From a virus (lineage: Duplodnaviria; Caudoviricetes): a DNA stretch of 64,000 nucleotides. The stretch lies in IMG/VR virus record IMGVR_UViG_3300044723_007969; one strand, 5' to 3'. Under the pieces are notes generated by a model that was given only the letters and a program-made list of their open reading frames with translations, did not search any database and was not told the origin of the DNA. Both the position numbers and the translations under genes were made by a program. This document shows positions 28,326-39,046 of the stretch, piece after piece (the stretch's first letter is position 1; the number at the start of each line of letters is the position of its first letter).

Positions 28326-30101
28326 TTAAACAATTATCTCAACATCATTGGCATAGTTGGTAAAACCATTCTCTTTTACAACTTTCAGTACACTATTCAC
28401 TCTGCTCACCAACTCGTCTTTGTGTGATATTAGGAAAATATTTTTTTGTTGTGTACGACTCATTTCTTTCAGTACAGCCATTGAACTCTCAACACCAGAT
28501 ATGTCCATACCTGCATCCACCAGTTCGTCAATGAATAGCAAGTTGATCTGTTGATAAAGACTTTCCCACACATCTCGGAATGCCCAACTCAAACTTAGGA
28601 TCAATCTGTTTCTTTCTCCCCTACTCAAATTGTCAAAATCCAATTCTCTGCCTAGTTCTTCTATACGTACAGTGAGGTCTGATTGGAAAGTCACTGTGTG
28701 TGGCAGTTTTACCTTGCCCAAGAAGTATGCTAATCTTTGATTCAGGTATGTTAAGTTTTGTTCTATTATCCTTGTTCTTATGAAAGAGTCTTTGGCTGTC
28801 AGCAATTTGTACAAGAACTCCTGGTGCCTGTGCAAGTCTTCTAGTTCGTTTGCTTTCTCAAAATCAATTTTTTGTATTGCTGTTTTAGTTAATTCTTCGA
28901 CCTGTTCGGCATATGGATCCTGTTTCTTCTCGTTTTGTTCAAGTTGTCGTTTGAGATCCTTCAATGATCCCTTGTGATTGTACGCCTCGTCCATGGAGTC
29001 GTAGTAGGTATCCGGGGTGTTGCCCAAATCACCAATTTCGTCTATGCCCTGTTGTATCTTTGCAAGATCACTTTCAAGTTTTGAACTGTATTCTTTGGAT
29101 TCAGTCAATGTTGTTTTTAATTTGCCAACCAATTGCTCGTGCTTGTCATCGTGTAATTCTTGCTCACAAGTCGGACATTTTTGTTGAGCCGCATACTCTA
29201 GGTCACTTTCTGTTTTTTCCACAGTGCTTTTTGCTTTTGTGTACGAGTCTTCGTGATACGCTTTTTCCTTTTGTAAACTCAATAATTTGATATAGTTTTC
29301 GTTATGTTTCTGCAGACGTTTGTGTGCATCCAGTTCCGCTTTGATGTCTACTTTTTCCAGTTCCGCTATTGCTTCTGCAAAACTTTTTGAGTCTTCCTCT
29401 TTTTGTGTTTGCCATGCACTCGACCTTATTTTTAAACTTTCAATCGATTCTGTAATTTTTTCATTAGATGCAACCCTGGCATCTATTTTTAGTTTTTCTT
29501 CAGTAAGTATTTGTTTGGTTGCTTTTTGCTTTTCTTTTAGCAGATCTGCTTTTTGTGAGAGCAGTGTTATACCAAGCAACTGCTCAATAATTTCTCTTTG
29601 TTCGTTTGCCTTGGTTGATAAAAACGGTTGTGTGTATGTGTTCAACGCAATTATGTTTTTAAACATGGAATGGGTCATGCCCATTAGTTTATTAATTTCT
29701 ACCTGTGTTTCTCTGTTCTCACCTTGTGCTTCGTTGCTTTCTACGTTTTGTTCGATGTTGTTTGCGTAGAATCTAAACACCTGTGGCTTTCTTCCACGCT
29801 CTATTGTGTACTCCACATTGTTCTTTACAAACTTGACACTGACCAACATGCCTTTCTCGTTGGTCTTGTTTACGAGATTGTCTCTTCTTATGTTTGTCAA
29901 TGCTTCGCCAAAGAACACATATGAGAGTGCATTAATGATTGTGGTCTTACCGGTACCGTTCCTAGCACCTGCGTCATCACCACCCAGGTCCATGTTCTCA
30001 CCAATCACGAGCACAAGATTTTTGTTGGCAAAATTTATTGCCTGGGCCTGATTGCCCACGCTCATGAAGTTTTTAACTATTAGTTCTTTAATTGTTAACA
30101 T
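28326..30101 (-). CDS. gp46: Rad50/SbcC-like recombination ATPase (gp46)
   Basis: Walker A NGTGKTT, zinc hook CPTC, signature LSRGE, Walker B LFIDE, ISH. Confidence 0.95.
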   Translation of the reverse strand: MLTIKELIVKNFMSVGNQAQAINFANKNLVLVIGENMDLGGDDAGARNGTGKTTIINALSYVFFGEALTNIRRDNLVNKTNEKGMLVSVKFVKNNVEYTIERGRKPQVFRFYANNIEQNVESNEAQGENRETQVEINKLMGMTHSMFKNIIALNTYTQPFLSTKANEQREIIEQLLGITLLSQKADLLKEKQKATKQILTEEKLKIDARVASNEKITESIESLKIRSSAWQTQKEEDSKSFAEAIAELEKVDIKAELDAHKRLQKHNENYIKLLSLQKEKAYHEDSYTKAKSTVEKTESDLEYAAQQKCPTCEQELHDDKHEQLVGKLKTTLTESKEYSSKLESDLAKIQQGIDEIGDLGNTPDTYYDSMDEAYNHKGSLKDLKRQLEQNEKKQDPYAEQVEELTKTAIQKIDFEKANELEDLHRHQEFLYKLLTAKDSFIRTRIIEQNLTYLNQRLAYFLGKVKLPHTVTFQSDLTVRIEELGRELDFDNLSRGERNRLILSLSWAFRDVWESLYQQINLLFIDELVDAGMDISGVESSMAVLKEMSRTQQKNIFLISHKDELVSRVNSVLKVVKENGFTNYANDVEIIV

Positions 30102-31110
30102 CTAGATCGTTATAAATTGCTGTTAATATGTTTTTGTCGTATGTTTCTGACTCAACACCCTGCAGTTGTTTGACCACGATTTGATCTACAGAATCAAATT
30201 TTTGTACTTCAACAGTTGGTTGCTGTGCCTTGTCCACCTGCTCTGGTATTAGTTGCAGTTCCCTCAATTCGTATTTGTCTATAAATGTTTCTCTGACAAA
30301 GTTTGCTTCTTCATACGAGATTTTTATGTCCAGTGTGACTCTCACGTACATTTTTGGTTTTAAGTATTTTTCAGGATCAGCCAATAGGTCACTTATCTTT
30401 ATTGTGATGTATCTTGGCATGTCTGGCCAGTTGATGTATTTGGGTTTACCGCCCATTTCTATTATCATCATGCCCCTGTCGTCGTCCCAGGCATCTGAAT
30501 AATTGTGTGGGAAGGCGTTGCCCATGTATGTCACATTTTTCATCACCTGCCTTTTATGGAAGTGTCCTGAGAACACCTGTCCGCAGTTGGCAAAATGGTC
30601 TGTCTGTATTCCACCCACGTCCGGCATCTCCACCATTGCGTTCATCTTGAAGTATGGCAGTTCAAAATGACCAAACACATACTGTTGATTTAACTTCTGT
30701 ATCTTCTTCCATTCGTCGCCAACTATCCATGGAATGATTGCAACATCATCTTCGACTATCCATTCGTTGACAATGTGTATGTTTGGAATGTTTCTGATAA
30801 ACTCCATTGAGTTTATTTCTCTTTTTTCCCTGTAGAACAAATCGTGGTTGCCCATCATAACGTACACCTTCTCAAACGCTTTGCCCAGTCTCTCTATGTT
30901 GGAAACTGTGTAGTTCATTGTGGAAACGTTTGTGCTTGATCTGTGATGGTGCCAGTCGCCCAGGAATATACAAGTTTCACAACCTTCTGCTTTGGCCTGT
31001 TCTATGAACCAGTATATAAATGCCTCACAGTCATCGTTGTGTATTCTAGAATTACCCTTCATGCCGAAGTGTATGTCTGTGAAACAGGCCACCTTTTTAA
31101 AGAATGCCAT
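30088..31110 (-). CDS. gp47: Mre11/SbcD-like nuclease (gp47)
   Basis: DIHFG, GDW, GNHD, GHFE, SGHFH phosphoesterase motifs. Confidence 0.95.
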   Translation of the reverse strand: MAFFKKVACFTDIHFGMKGNSRIHNDDCEAFIYWFIEQAKAEGCETCIFLGDWHHHRSSTNVSTMNYTVSNIERLGKAFEKVYVMMGNHDLFYREKREINSMEFIRNIPNIHIVNEWIVEDDVAIIPWIVGDEWKKIQKLNQQYVFGHFELPYFKMNAMVEMPDVGGIQTDHFANCGQVFSGHFHKRQVMKNVTYMGNAFPHNYSDAWDDDRGMMIIEMGGKPKYINWPDMPRYITIKISDLLADPEKYLKPKMYVRVTLDIKISYEEANFVRETFIDKYELRELQLIPEQVDKAQQPTVEVQKFDSVDQIVVKQLQGVESETYDKNILTAIYNDLDVNN

Positions 31111-31113
31111 TTA

Positions 31114-32094
31114 TTACCACCTCTTCTTGACTATTGGTTTATGATTGGTCATGTCAACTTTTCTAGAGTTAACACTTTCAAAATCTTCTTTGTCTATCTT
31201 GCCTTTTTTCTTCAATGCTTTGTTCAATTTTGCAATACCAGTTTTATTGACCTGTCGCACTTCGCCGTGTATCGTTTCCATTCTTTTTTTATATACTGGC
31301 GAACTGGCATCATTTTCATTTTGTCTTGTGAAACTGGGCATCATGTTGTTCTGTTCCAGAAGATCATCTCTGATTGCTTGATTCTTTTTTTCTATGTTCA
31401 GTATCCTTGTGAAACTGTTTGTGATGGCCGCGGTGTAGTATGCGAATGGATTGTCCGACTTCGATTCGTCGAATTGCAGACCGATCTGTGATAGTTGCAT
31501 CAAGGCCTGTGACTGCATCTCATCATTATACGTGTAGCCTCTCCAGTTGGATCTTGTCCCATATCTCTCACAGAGCTTCATGTACATCATTGCCAGTTGG
31601 TTTGTCATCTTGCCGTGGTCTGATGAGAAATTTCCATTGCTCATTCCTCCCACCCAGTGTGATTTCCCAACACACGAAAGTTTGCCTTTTTTATCCAATC
31701 GGTAGTGTTGGAATGGTGGGAAGTTGACCTTGGTGTGATGGTCCGCTGTTGTTTTTGGACTCTTCTTCCTTCCGGAATCCATGGGTATGTGATCGAACGT
31801 CATAACCCGGAATACTAGGTTGGTTTTGTCTATCTTCCTTGGGGAGATGGTGTAATCAGATAACTTGATCTTCTTTTTGCCCTCGGCCTTGGCCTGCTCC
31901 CACGCCTTGTTTGACAATCTCTTGGCTTGGTTCTTTTTGGCCTCTGCTATGGTCCTGCTGTTGATCTTCTTCAGGTTAGGCACTATTATGTCATACCCTG
32001 CGTCCTCGGGCATAACGTATGAACAATAGGTGTTCTTGCTGGCATGTATTTGTGCCAGTAAATCTCGGTTGTTTAAGTACTTTACTCTTTTCAT
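31114..32094 (-). CDS. gp55: late-transcription sigma factor (gp55-like)
   Basis: YLNN.DLL, NW.GYTY.DEM, FD..KS.NPFAY.T....NSF.R.L..EKK; gp55-47-46 order as in T4-like phages. Confidence 0.8.
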   Translation of the reverse strand: MKRVKYLNNRDLLAQIHASKNTYCSYVMPEDAGYDIIVPNLKKINSRTIAEAKKNQAKRLSNKAWEQAKAEGKKKIKLSDYTISPRKIDKTNLVFRVMTFDHIPMDSGRKKSPKTTADHHTKVNFPPFQHYRLDKKGKLSCVGKSHWVGGMSNGNFSSDHGKMTNQLAMMYMKLCERYGTRSNWRGYTYNDEMQSQALMQLSQIGLQFDESKSDNPFAYYTAAITNSFTRILNIEKKNQAIRDDLLEQNNMMPSFTRQNENDASSPVYKKRMETIHGEVRQVNKTGIAKLNKALKKKGKIDKEDFESVNSRKVDMTNHKPIVKKRW

Positions 32095-32183
32095 AATTTT
32101 TCTGTGTTATTGGATAAAAGTGACCACAAACAGGTCTGTTAGATCGTGCCGTAAGGATTATTAAGTGCGCCTAAAATTGTGCC

Positions 32184-32191
32184 TATAAATA
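32184..32191 (+). promoter_or_regulatory. T4-type late promoter TATAAATA for the baseplate operon
   Basis: exact consensus at the strand switch. Confidence 0.75.
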
Positions 32192-32235
32192 TAGTTAAAG
32201 TATACGAAATTTTACAATGGAAAGCAACCTTTAAT

Positions 32236-33069
32236 ATGATCAAAAAAACACTGGGTGGTGTAATCAAAGACGTGGGACAGGGTATATTCAACAAAACCCT
32301 GGGCAGACTCATGGGTGCAGGTATTTCCACGGACAACCGTATGGTCCAAGCAAGGGCCAAGTGGTCGGGCAGGAATGACAAAAAAGATTGGCGTGTGAGA
32401 TTACAAGTACCAAACTCAAACGAACTACAAAAATTCTTTGATTTTGCCAACAATCCTATATTGAACCCACTGGCAGAATCCAATGGTATTTTCTGGCCAC
32501 TGACACCGATGATGCAGATCCAACACTCTGCCAACTACGATGCCTTGGCAATGACACACAGTAACATGCCACAACAGGCATATGGTCAATCACAGGTTGA
32601 CTCATTGAATATCATAGGTGAGTTCCCGGTACAGAACAGCGAAGACGCCAAGCACTGGGTGGCAACAGTAAATTTTTTAAGGACAGCAACAAAGATGTTT
32701 TTCGGTCTGGATGACGGCACAGGGTTGAAAGGAAACCCACCACCGATCATGCATTTGTCAGGGTATGGAGACCACATGTTCAACAAGGTCCCAGTGGTAA
32801 TAAACAGTTTCAACGTTGAACTACGACAGGGCATAGACTACATATCAACAGTACAAACCCAAGTAGGTTACGGACAGGGTAGAGTTGATAGAGGGCTGGC
32901 GGAACGTGTTCAGAGAGGGGAGGACCAGTCATGGGCACCCACACTGTCAAACATATCTGTGTTGGTAACACCTATATACAGCAGAGATTCCATGAAGACA
33001 TTCTCAATGAAGAGATTCGTCAAGGGAGAGTTAAACGGTAAGGGCACTAACGAGGTAGGATTTATCTAA
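32236..33069 (+). CDS. tail tube initiator / baseplate tube cap (gp48/gp54-like)
   Basis: P.TP......ANY.....THSN, GNPPP...L.GYG..MF..VPVVI.SF; ATG 32236 more likely than GTG 32179. Confidence 0.65.
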   Translation: MIKKTLGGVIKDVGQGIFNKTLGRLMGAGISTDNRMVQARAKWSGRNDKKDWRVRLQVPNSNELQKFFDFANNPILNPLAESNGIFWPLTPMMQIQHSANYDALAMTHSNMPQQAYGQSQVDSLNIIGEFPVQNSEDAKHWVATVNFLRTATKMFFGLDDGTGLKGNPPPIMHLSGYGDHMFNKVPVVINSFNVELRQGIDYISTVQTQVGYGQGRVDRGLAERVQRGEDQSWAPTLSNISVLVTPIYSRDSMKTFSMKRFVKGELNGKGTNEVGFI

Positions 33070-33368
33070 TGGCAAACTATTCAAATACTTCACCTTACTT
33101 CGAAACAGAAATGAGATCTACGTACCTGGATGTGTTGAATCCACGAACGTTGACAATAGAGGATGACGATCAGAGCTACACAATAGAAAGAACCTATGCA
33201 TACAGACCAGACCTTCTTGCATATGACCTTTATGGAACGCCCAGGTTATGGTGGGTGTTCACACAGCGTAATCCAGATCAAATAGAGGATCCGATATACG
33301 ATTTCAAACCGGGAGTAACGATCAAACTGCCAAAAAAAGAAAACGTGTTAAAAGATTTAGGACTATAA
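33069..33368 (+). CDS. gp53: baseplate wedge protein (gp53-like, LysM-like)
   Basis: YRPDLLAYDLYG..RLWWVF..RN. Confidence 0.8.
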   Translation: MANYSNTSPYFETEMRSTYLDVLNPRTLTIEDDDQSYTIERTYAYRPDLLAYDLYGTPRLWWVFTQRNPDQIEDPIYDFKPGVTIKLPKKENVLKDLGL

Positions 33369-33372
33369 ACTT

Positions 33373-35844
33373 ATGAAAGTTTATAATAAGATAGTTTACG
33401 ACAAAGACAACAACATCATAGAAGAAGATTCCTACGACTACGACGGCCCTGTTGCCCAGGCCAGAAAGGCTTATACATCCGGAACGGCCCGACCATCGAA
33501 AAATACTACGTCAAACTCTAGCAAATTCCAAACAAGATTCAGCGGCAATAAAAATTTACACAAAGAGACTATAGGACGTACCAACAATAATGATTATGAG
33601 GGAGTGACCGCTCCTAGTAACAATGGCGGATCCTCAAAATCTTATCCAGGGTCAGCCGCAAATTCAATGATAGAATTGGGGAAGTTATCTATCTCGGATA
33701 ATTTGGTGCCCAATCCACTTTTCAAATATGCCAGTTACAACACCATATTCACACTGAGCGCCATGAATCAGGCCGAACTGAAGGATCCCCAAACTCTTTT
33801 TAAGGGTGCACCACACGACATCATAGTGAGGAGTGGGGGAATAGGAGATCCGCGGGTCAGCACCAACGCAGAACCTGGAGTGGCCAAGGCGGTGAGAGAA
33901 AAAATTTCAGAAAAGGCACAGCAGGTGATGGACGATGCACAGGCGGTCCTTGCACAAGGGCGTGACTTATACTTCAACAGCGTTCGAATGGAGAACATTC
34001 CAAGTTTGAATGAGAGACGTAGGCTCACTTCCGTCACAAGCGTTGAAATGGAAATAACAGAACCAATGGGGATAAGTCTTTTAGACAAGATACGTGGTGC
34101 GGCCGCCAACTGCAACTTCTTGGATCATATCAATGCCCCATATTTGTTGACAATGGAATTCAAAGGGTATGACGAGTTGGGCAACATAATATCAGAGAAA
34201 GACCAAAAAGTACTACAAAGGAAGATACCTATTAAGTTGATATCTATGAACATAACTGTAAATCAAGGTAGTACTGTCTATACCATGAAAGCAGTACCCT
34301 ACAACGAACGAGGGTTTTTCAATAATCCCACATACCTGCGTACTTCGGGACAGATACTGGCAGGCGATAACATACAAGATTCAATGAACAATGTCGCTAA
34401 CCTACTGAACAAGCAGGTGAAGGATGAAAAGGATGACAAGATGATCGAGATACCGGACACATACCAAATCGTGGTAGACGAACTGTTCAGAGATGAAAAG
34501 CCAATGCAGGGCAATTTAGGTACCATGGACATAGCAGTGGGAGAGCAGGATCAAAAATTTTCCAACCAAGGAGTTGGTGGACAATCACCAGGACCACAGA
34601 GAGGTCAACAAGGCAAGAAACCAAGAAAGGCCGGCACTGTCAAACAGGGAGACAACATACTCACTATAATGTCAGAGCTGATGAAATCACTACCGAGGTT
34701 CCAGGAGGAAGGATCCATAGACAAATTCATGGCCGCGATCAAGAACAGCACCGAGGAAATGTATTTTGACTATTTCATGATCGAAGCCAGTGTGGTGCCC
34801 GATCCTAACCAGTTTGACCGTCTCAGGGGTGTCCATCCCAGTACGATAACTTACAACATAGTTCCATACAAGGTACATGCGTATTCTCTTGCGGAACCAG
34901 GCACCAGCACAGGTACCAATTTTGAACCATTTGTCAAAAAGGCATACAACTACATATTCACAGGCGACAACGTGGACATATTAGACCTCAGTATTAATTA
35001 CAAAGTGGCCTATTTCTCGTCCAAGCTCAAAGACATAGAGGGCAAATCCAGTGGAGACAAACTGGCCAGTAAACCAAAAAAACCAGAAACGGTGAAAAAA
35101 GGAGATCCAGAAACAGTGGATCCTTTTCTTGGACCAGGATTCATACACCAATCACAACCTGGAGTGGCCAAGTCAGTAACTAGTGGTATAAACAAAGGAC
35201 CTTCCACGGCGTTGGATCAACGTATGGACGCACTGTCAAATCCAAAAGGAGACATGGTCAAGGTAGACATGACCATTCTAGGTGATCCAGCATACTTGGG
35301 GCAGACCCAGTTCATACCTACCACTGCCGACAAGGACATATTAGCCGCTAACCAGAAAAAACTGTCATTCTCGTCAGGCAACAGAATGGTGTGGAACGAG
35401 ATATTTGGCAACTACAACATGGGGTTCGGAGACACAGTGGTAAGGCTGACCTTCCGTTCGCCAGCAGATGTCAACGACAAACTCGGTATATATGATATCA
35501 ATGAGCAGGAGCAGATACAGTTCTCCGGTTTGTACAGAGTTATAAAAGTAATCAGCACATTCGCAGATGGCAAGTTCACGCAGGTGCTTGAGATGGTGAG
35601 ATTCAAAAACCAGGGAGACAAACCAAAGGTCTATGCGGAGAAATCTTACATAAAACCAAACATTCATGACAACAGACCCGGAATGCTAGGAGACGGATTA
35701 GTAGAGTTGGGAGAGTACAATGCCTTAAGGGCAGACATCAGGGATAGTTTTAGGGGTGGATTCAGTGGTCTAGTTAAAAAAGTAGCCGACGCCGCCCAGG
35801 ATAAATTAAAAGAAAAACTAGGGATTAATATACACAGGAAATAA
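33373..35844 (+). CDS. baseplate hub protein (gp27-like)
   Basis: between gp53 and gp5; M.ILGDP..L and FSGLY.V.KV.S.F..GKF.Q.L motifs. Confidence 0.65.
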   Translation: MKVYNKIVYDKDNNIIEEDSYDYDGPVAQARKAYTSGTARPSKNTTSNSSKFQTRFSGNKNLHKETIGRTNNNDYEGVTAPSNNGGSSKSYPGSAANSMIELGKLSISDNLVPNPLFKYASYNTIFTLSAMNQAELKDPQTLFKGAPHDIIVRSGGIGDPRVSTNAEPGVAKAVREKISEKAQQVMDDAQAVLAQGRDLYFNSVRMENIPSLNERRRLTSVTSVEMEITEPMGISLLDKIRGAAANCNFLDHINAPYLLTMEFKGYDELGNIISEKDQKVLQRKIPIKLISMNITVNQGSTVYTMKAVPYNERGFFNNPTYLRTSGQILAGDNIQDSMNNVANLLNKQVKDEKDDKMIEIPDTYQIVVDELFRDEKPMQGNLGTMDIAVGEQDQKFSNQGVGGQSPGPQRGQQGKKPRKAGTVKQGDNILTIMSELMKSLPRFQEEGSIDKFMAAIKNSTEEMYFDYFMIEASVVPDPNQFDRLRGVHPSTITYNIVPYKVHAYSLAEPGTSTGTNFEPFVKKAYNYIFTGDNVDILDLSINYKVAYFSSKLKDIEGKSSGDKLASKPKKPETVKKGDPETVDPFLGPGFIHQSQPGVAKSVTSGINKGPSTALDQRMDALSNPKGDMVKVDMTILGDPAYLGQTQFIPTTADKDILAANQKKLSFSSGNRMVWNEIFGNYNMGFGDTVVRLTFRSPADVNDKLGIYDINEQEQIQFSGLYRVIKVISTFADGKFTQVLEMVRFKNQGDKPKVYAEKSYIKPNIHDNRPGMLGDGLVELGEYNALRADIRDSFRGGFSGLVKKVADAAQDKLKEKLGINIHRK

Positions 35845-35846
35845 CA

Positions 35847-38582
35847 ATGTCAGGATTACACAATTACGTCAGCGGTGACGCTTCAACTCCCAAGGCACCG
35901 GGTGTCAACGAGGATTGGGGTAAACTATCGCCGGGTCCATATGTGGGTGTGGTCAAATCAAACAACGATCCCTTAAGGGCCGGCAGGCTCAAGGTGTTGA
36001 TACCTTCACTGAAAGGTAGCACCGGATCGGATTTCGATGGTCTCATAGACTGTGACTACCTGTCTCCGTTCTATGGCAACAAAGGATTATCATACATCAA
36101 GCAAGGATACAAACACACAGACTCCCAGTTCTCATACGGATTCTGGGCAGTACCACCTGACCTAGAGACCAGGGTACTGGTGATATTCGCAGAGGGCAAG
36201 ATAGAGGAAGCGTTCTGGATAGGATGTGTGCAGGAGCCACTTACAAACCACATGACACCAGGTATAGCCTCTTCTTTCAGAACAAGAGACTCTGACAACC
36301 AGAGCACCCAAGATGAATATGGTTCGGAGAATCTACCTGCGGGTGAAGTCAACAGACTCATGGACATCGATGAAAACAATTTCGACCAGGCACCCATGCC
36401 GATACACCCACTCGCAGACACATTGATGACACAGGGTCTGAGCAAAGACAACATCAGGGGAAACACCACATCTTCGGCACAAAGGGAAGCACCAAGCCAG
36501 GTGTTTGGCATGAGCACACCGGGTAGACTCAACCCTGGCGCAACACCGGTCAAGGTCGGAGCAAAGGATTCCGAGGCCGAGGCCATAGTGGACAGGTTGT
36601 CCGGACACACATTCGTCATGGACGATGGTGCAGAAGACGGCACTAACCAACTGACAAGATTACGTACGTCATCAGGACACCAGTTGCTGATGCACGACTC
36701 AGAAGGAATAGTGTACATAGCCAACGCATCAGGTAACGCCTGGATAGAGATGAACAAGGAAGGCAGGATAGACATTTACTCTGGTGTGGGAGGTATCAAC
36801 ATGAGGACACAGGGTGACTTCAACCTACACGCCGACGCCAACATCAACATGCACGCCGGCCAGAGTGTACGTATGTCAGCACCAGGAACAGATGACGTGT
36901 ATTACAAGCCAGATGACTTACCGGTCAAGAAAGGACAGAAGTCAACTGCTGATATAAAAGTCCCTAGGAGACCAGGAGAGATATTGATGTCAACAGACTA
37001 CCTGCAGACAATGGCGGAAAAAGGTGTGTTCACAAGTTCTCAGGATGGACAGATCTCCACATACGCTAAAGGTGGTATGTTCTCGTACACAGACGGGCAG
37101 GTGCTGGTGGGAGCCGGAGGACAGATACACTTGGCCGGTGCACAGGTACATTTCAATTCAATTGCGGCCAGTGACAAGTGGGGACCTAAATGGTTGAAAC
37201 CATCCGAAGTTGGCATGGAGCCTAGACTAGAGGGAGACGTGGATTTGACCAAGAAGGGCATAGAGCCATTGGCACCATTCACCAAACAGACCAAGACAAC
37301 AGTACACAGATTCATAACACACGAACCGGTGCCAAGGTTCAAAGGATTCTCAGCCGACGGTTTAATGCCGAATTTCGATGAAAACTCTGATATGATGGAC
37401 AGTAAACAATGGTACAAACTTTCAGCCACACCAGGGACAGTGGAATTCATGGAACAGCAAAACAGACTGAGCCCAATCGCCGCTGTTAGAGACGGACAGG
37501 CACAGGCTGACATGGAAAGGATCGCTAGGGACCAGATGGGAACATCTACAGATCCCAAAAAGGCCAGGGCGATACTGGCAAACGTTGGGAAACTTTATGA
37601 CAAGAAATTTAACATAGCCTCTTTATCAAAAGACAAATGGGACCTGGCAGACAGCATCAGCAGTAAGTTCGCGGGTTTCAATGTTTCAGACAAAGCAAGT
37701 GATGTCCTCAACAACACAACGAAGAAACTGGCAGATCAGGTCATAGACACAATATCTGGATCAGATGCAGTTGCCATGTTCAAGGACAATGTTTTCGTTA
37801 ACCAAGCAGGAGAACTTTTCGCACTGGGTGGAGGAGCAGACTTCTCTAAACTTGCGGCGGGAAATGTTAAGGGATTCGCGACAGATGTAGGGTCCAAAGC
37901 ACTGGCCAACGTGGCCAACGACACATTCCAGAAGGCGGTGGGAGACCTCACCAAGAGGAAGGCCATAGGTGTGGACAAGTGGGGCAACATCGTATATGAA
38001 CGATCGGTTTTACCAAGTTCCGTAGCCGGCATAGACATATCCGGCATCGCGGGCAACATCAACATAGCCAACCTTGCATCCATAGGTGACCTCAAGGCCG
38101 CGACCAACGTGTTCAAGAACGTGGTGGCAGGACAGGTTACATCTGCAGTCACGTCGACGGCAATATCGGCCATAAAAGGACAGGCATCGTCCTTCATAAC
38201 AGGATTTTTAGGAAAAAGCACAGCGAGAGAATTGGCCCGTGTCGGAGGAGTGAATGCGGCCAGCAGTCTAGGACTCAAGATAGGAGCAACCAAGTTGCCA
38301 CAACTTTTAGGTGGACAAACAATTAGTTCTGTGGCATCATCTATCGGTAGTTTCTTCAGTTCAGGATTCGGTTTCAGTGATGAAAGACTGAAAGAAGACA
38401 TAAGATTTGTTGGCAAATCGTACGCAGGAATTAACATATATTCATTTAAATACAAACAACTGCCTGGTAGGTACATGGGAGTAATGGCACAAGAAGTCCC
38501 ATGGGCTAGGCACATGACAGACACTGGTTACTATGCTGTGGATTACAGCAAGGTGGATGTGGAATTTAGGAGGTTACATTAA
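35847..38582 (+). CDS. gp5: central spike (gp5/VgrG-like) with a long C-terminal extension and S74 chaperone domain
   Basis: OB-fold GVV..NNDPL..GRLKV, GFW.VPPD..VLV.F; RT.SGH..M.D beta repeats; terminal SDERLKEDI..GVMAQEV..VDYSK. Confidence 0.8.
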   Translation: MSGLHNYVSGDASTPKAPGVNEDWGKLSPGPYVGVVKSNNDPLRAGRLKVLIPSLKGSTGSDFDGLIDCDYLSPFYGNKGLSYIKQGYKHTDSQFSYGFWAVPPDLETRVLVIFAEGKIEEAFWIGCVQEPLTNHMTPGIASSFRTRDSDNQSTQDEYGSENLPAGEVNRLMDIDENNFDQAPMPIHPLADTLMTQGLSKDNIRGNTTSSAQREAPSQVFGMSTPGRLNPGATPVKVGAKDSEAEAIVDRLSGHTFVMDDGAEDGTNQLTRLRTSSGHQLLMHDSEGIVYIANASGNAWIEMNKEGRIDIYSGVGGINMRTQGDFNLHADANINMHAGQSVRMSAPGTDDVYYKPDDLPVKKGQKSTADIKVPRRPGEILMSTDYLQTMAEKGVFTSSQDGQISTYAKGGMFSYTDGQVLVGAGGQIHLAGAQVHFNSIAASDKWGPKWLKPSEVGMEPRLEGDVDLTKKGIEPLAPFTKQTKTTVHRFITHEPVPRFKGFSADGLMPNFDENSDMMDSKQWYKLSATPGTVEFMEQQNRLSPIAAVRDGQAQADMERIARDQMGTSTDPKKARAILANVGKLYDKKFNIASLSKDKWDLADSISSKFAGFNVSDKASDVLNNTTKKLADQVIDTISGSDAVAMFKDNVFVNQAGELFALGGGADFSKLAAGNVKGFATDVGSKALANVANDTFQKAVGDLTKRKAIGVDKWGNIVYERSVLPSSVAGIDISGIAGNINIANLASIGDLKAATNVFKNVVAGQVTSAVTSTAISAIKGQASSFITGFLGKSTARELARVGGVNAASSLGLKIGATKLPQLLGGQTISSVASSIGSFFSSGFGFSDERLKEDIRFVGKSYAGINIYSFKYKQLPGRYMGVMAQEVPWARHMTDTGYYAVDYSKVDVEFRRLH

Positions 38583-39004
38583 TGGCATACGGTGATTCAG
38601 GAGACGGTGGTTCAGGCGCTCTATCAGACAAGCAAGTTTCCTTCAAAGGATTCAGCAGTCGTGCTGACCAGAAGAATTTCAAGTTGTATGATTTCGAAGT
38701 TGCCAAACAGGACCTTATCAACCGACTCTCTATTCGTAAAGGCGAGCGTGTTGAGAACCCAGAATTTGGCACAATAATATATGATGCCATATTCGAACCA
38801 TTCACAGAGGCACTAAAAGATGCCATCATAGATGATGTTACGGCTAATCTCAATGCAGATCCACGTCTATCAACAGAGGAAATACTAGTTTCTGAGGCAG
38901 AACAGGGCATAGCCATACAGGCAACAATAACATATGTGCCATTGAATATCACAGAGAAATTACAATTTAATTTCGACGAAAACTCGTTGCTACGCCTATC
39001 TTAA
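38582..39004 (+). CDS. gp25: baseplate wedge subunit (gp25-like)
   Basis: DL.N.L..RKGERV.NPEFG....D..FEP, DPR. Confidence 0.9.
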   Translation: MAYGDSGDGGSGALSDKQVSFKGFSSRADQKNFKLYDFEVAKQDLINRLSIRKGERVENPEFGTIIYDAIFEPFTEALKDAIIDDVTANLNADPRLSTEEILVSEAEQGIAIQATITYVPLNITEKLQFNFDENSLLRLS

Positions 39005-39046
39005 TATACGCATATTTCCTAACACATAAATATCGTTGTATATACT

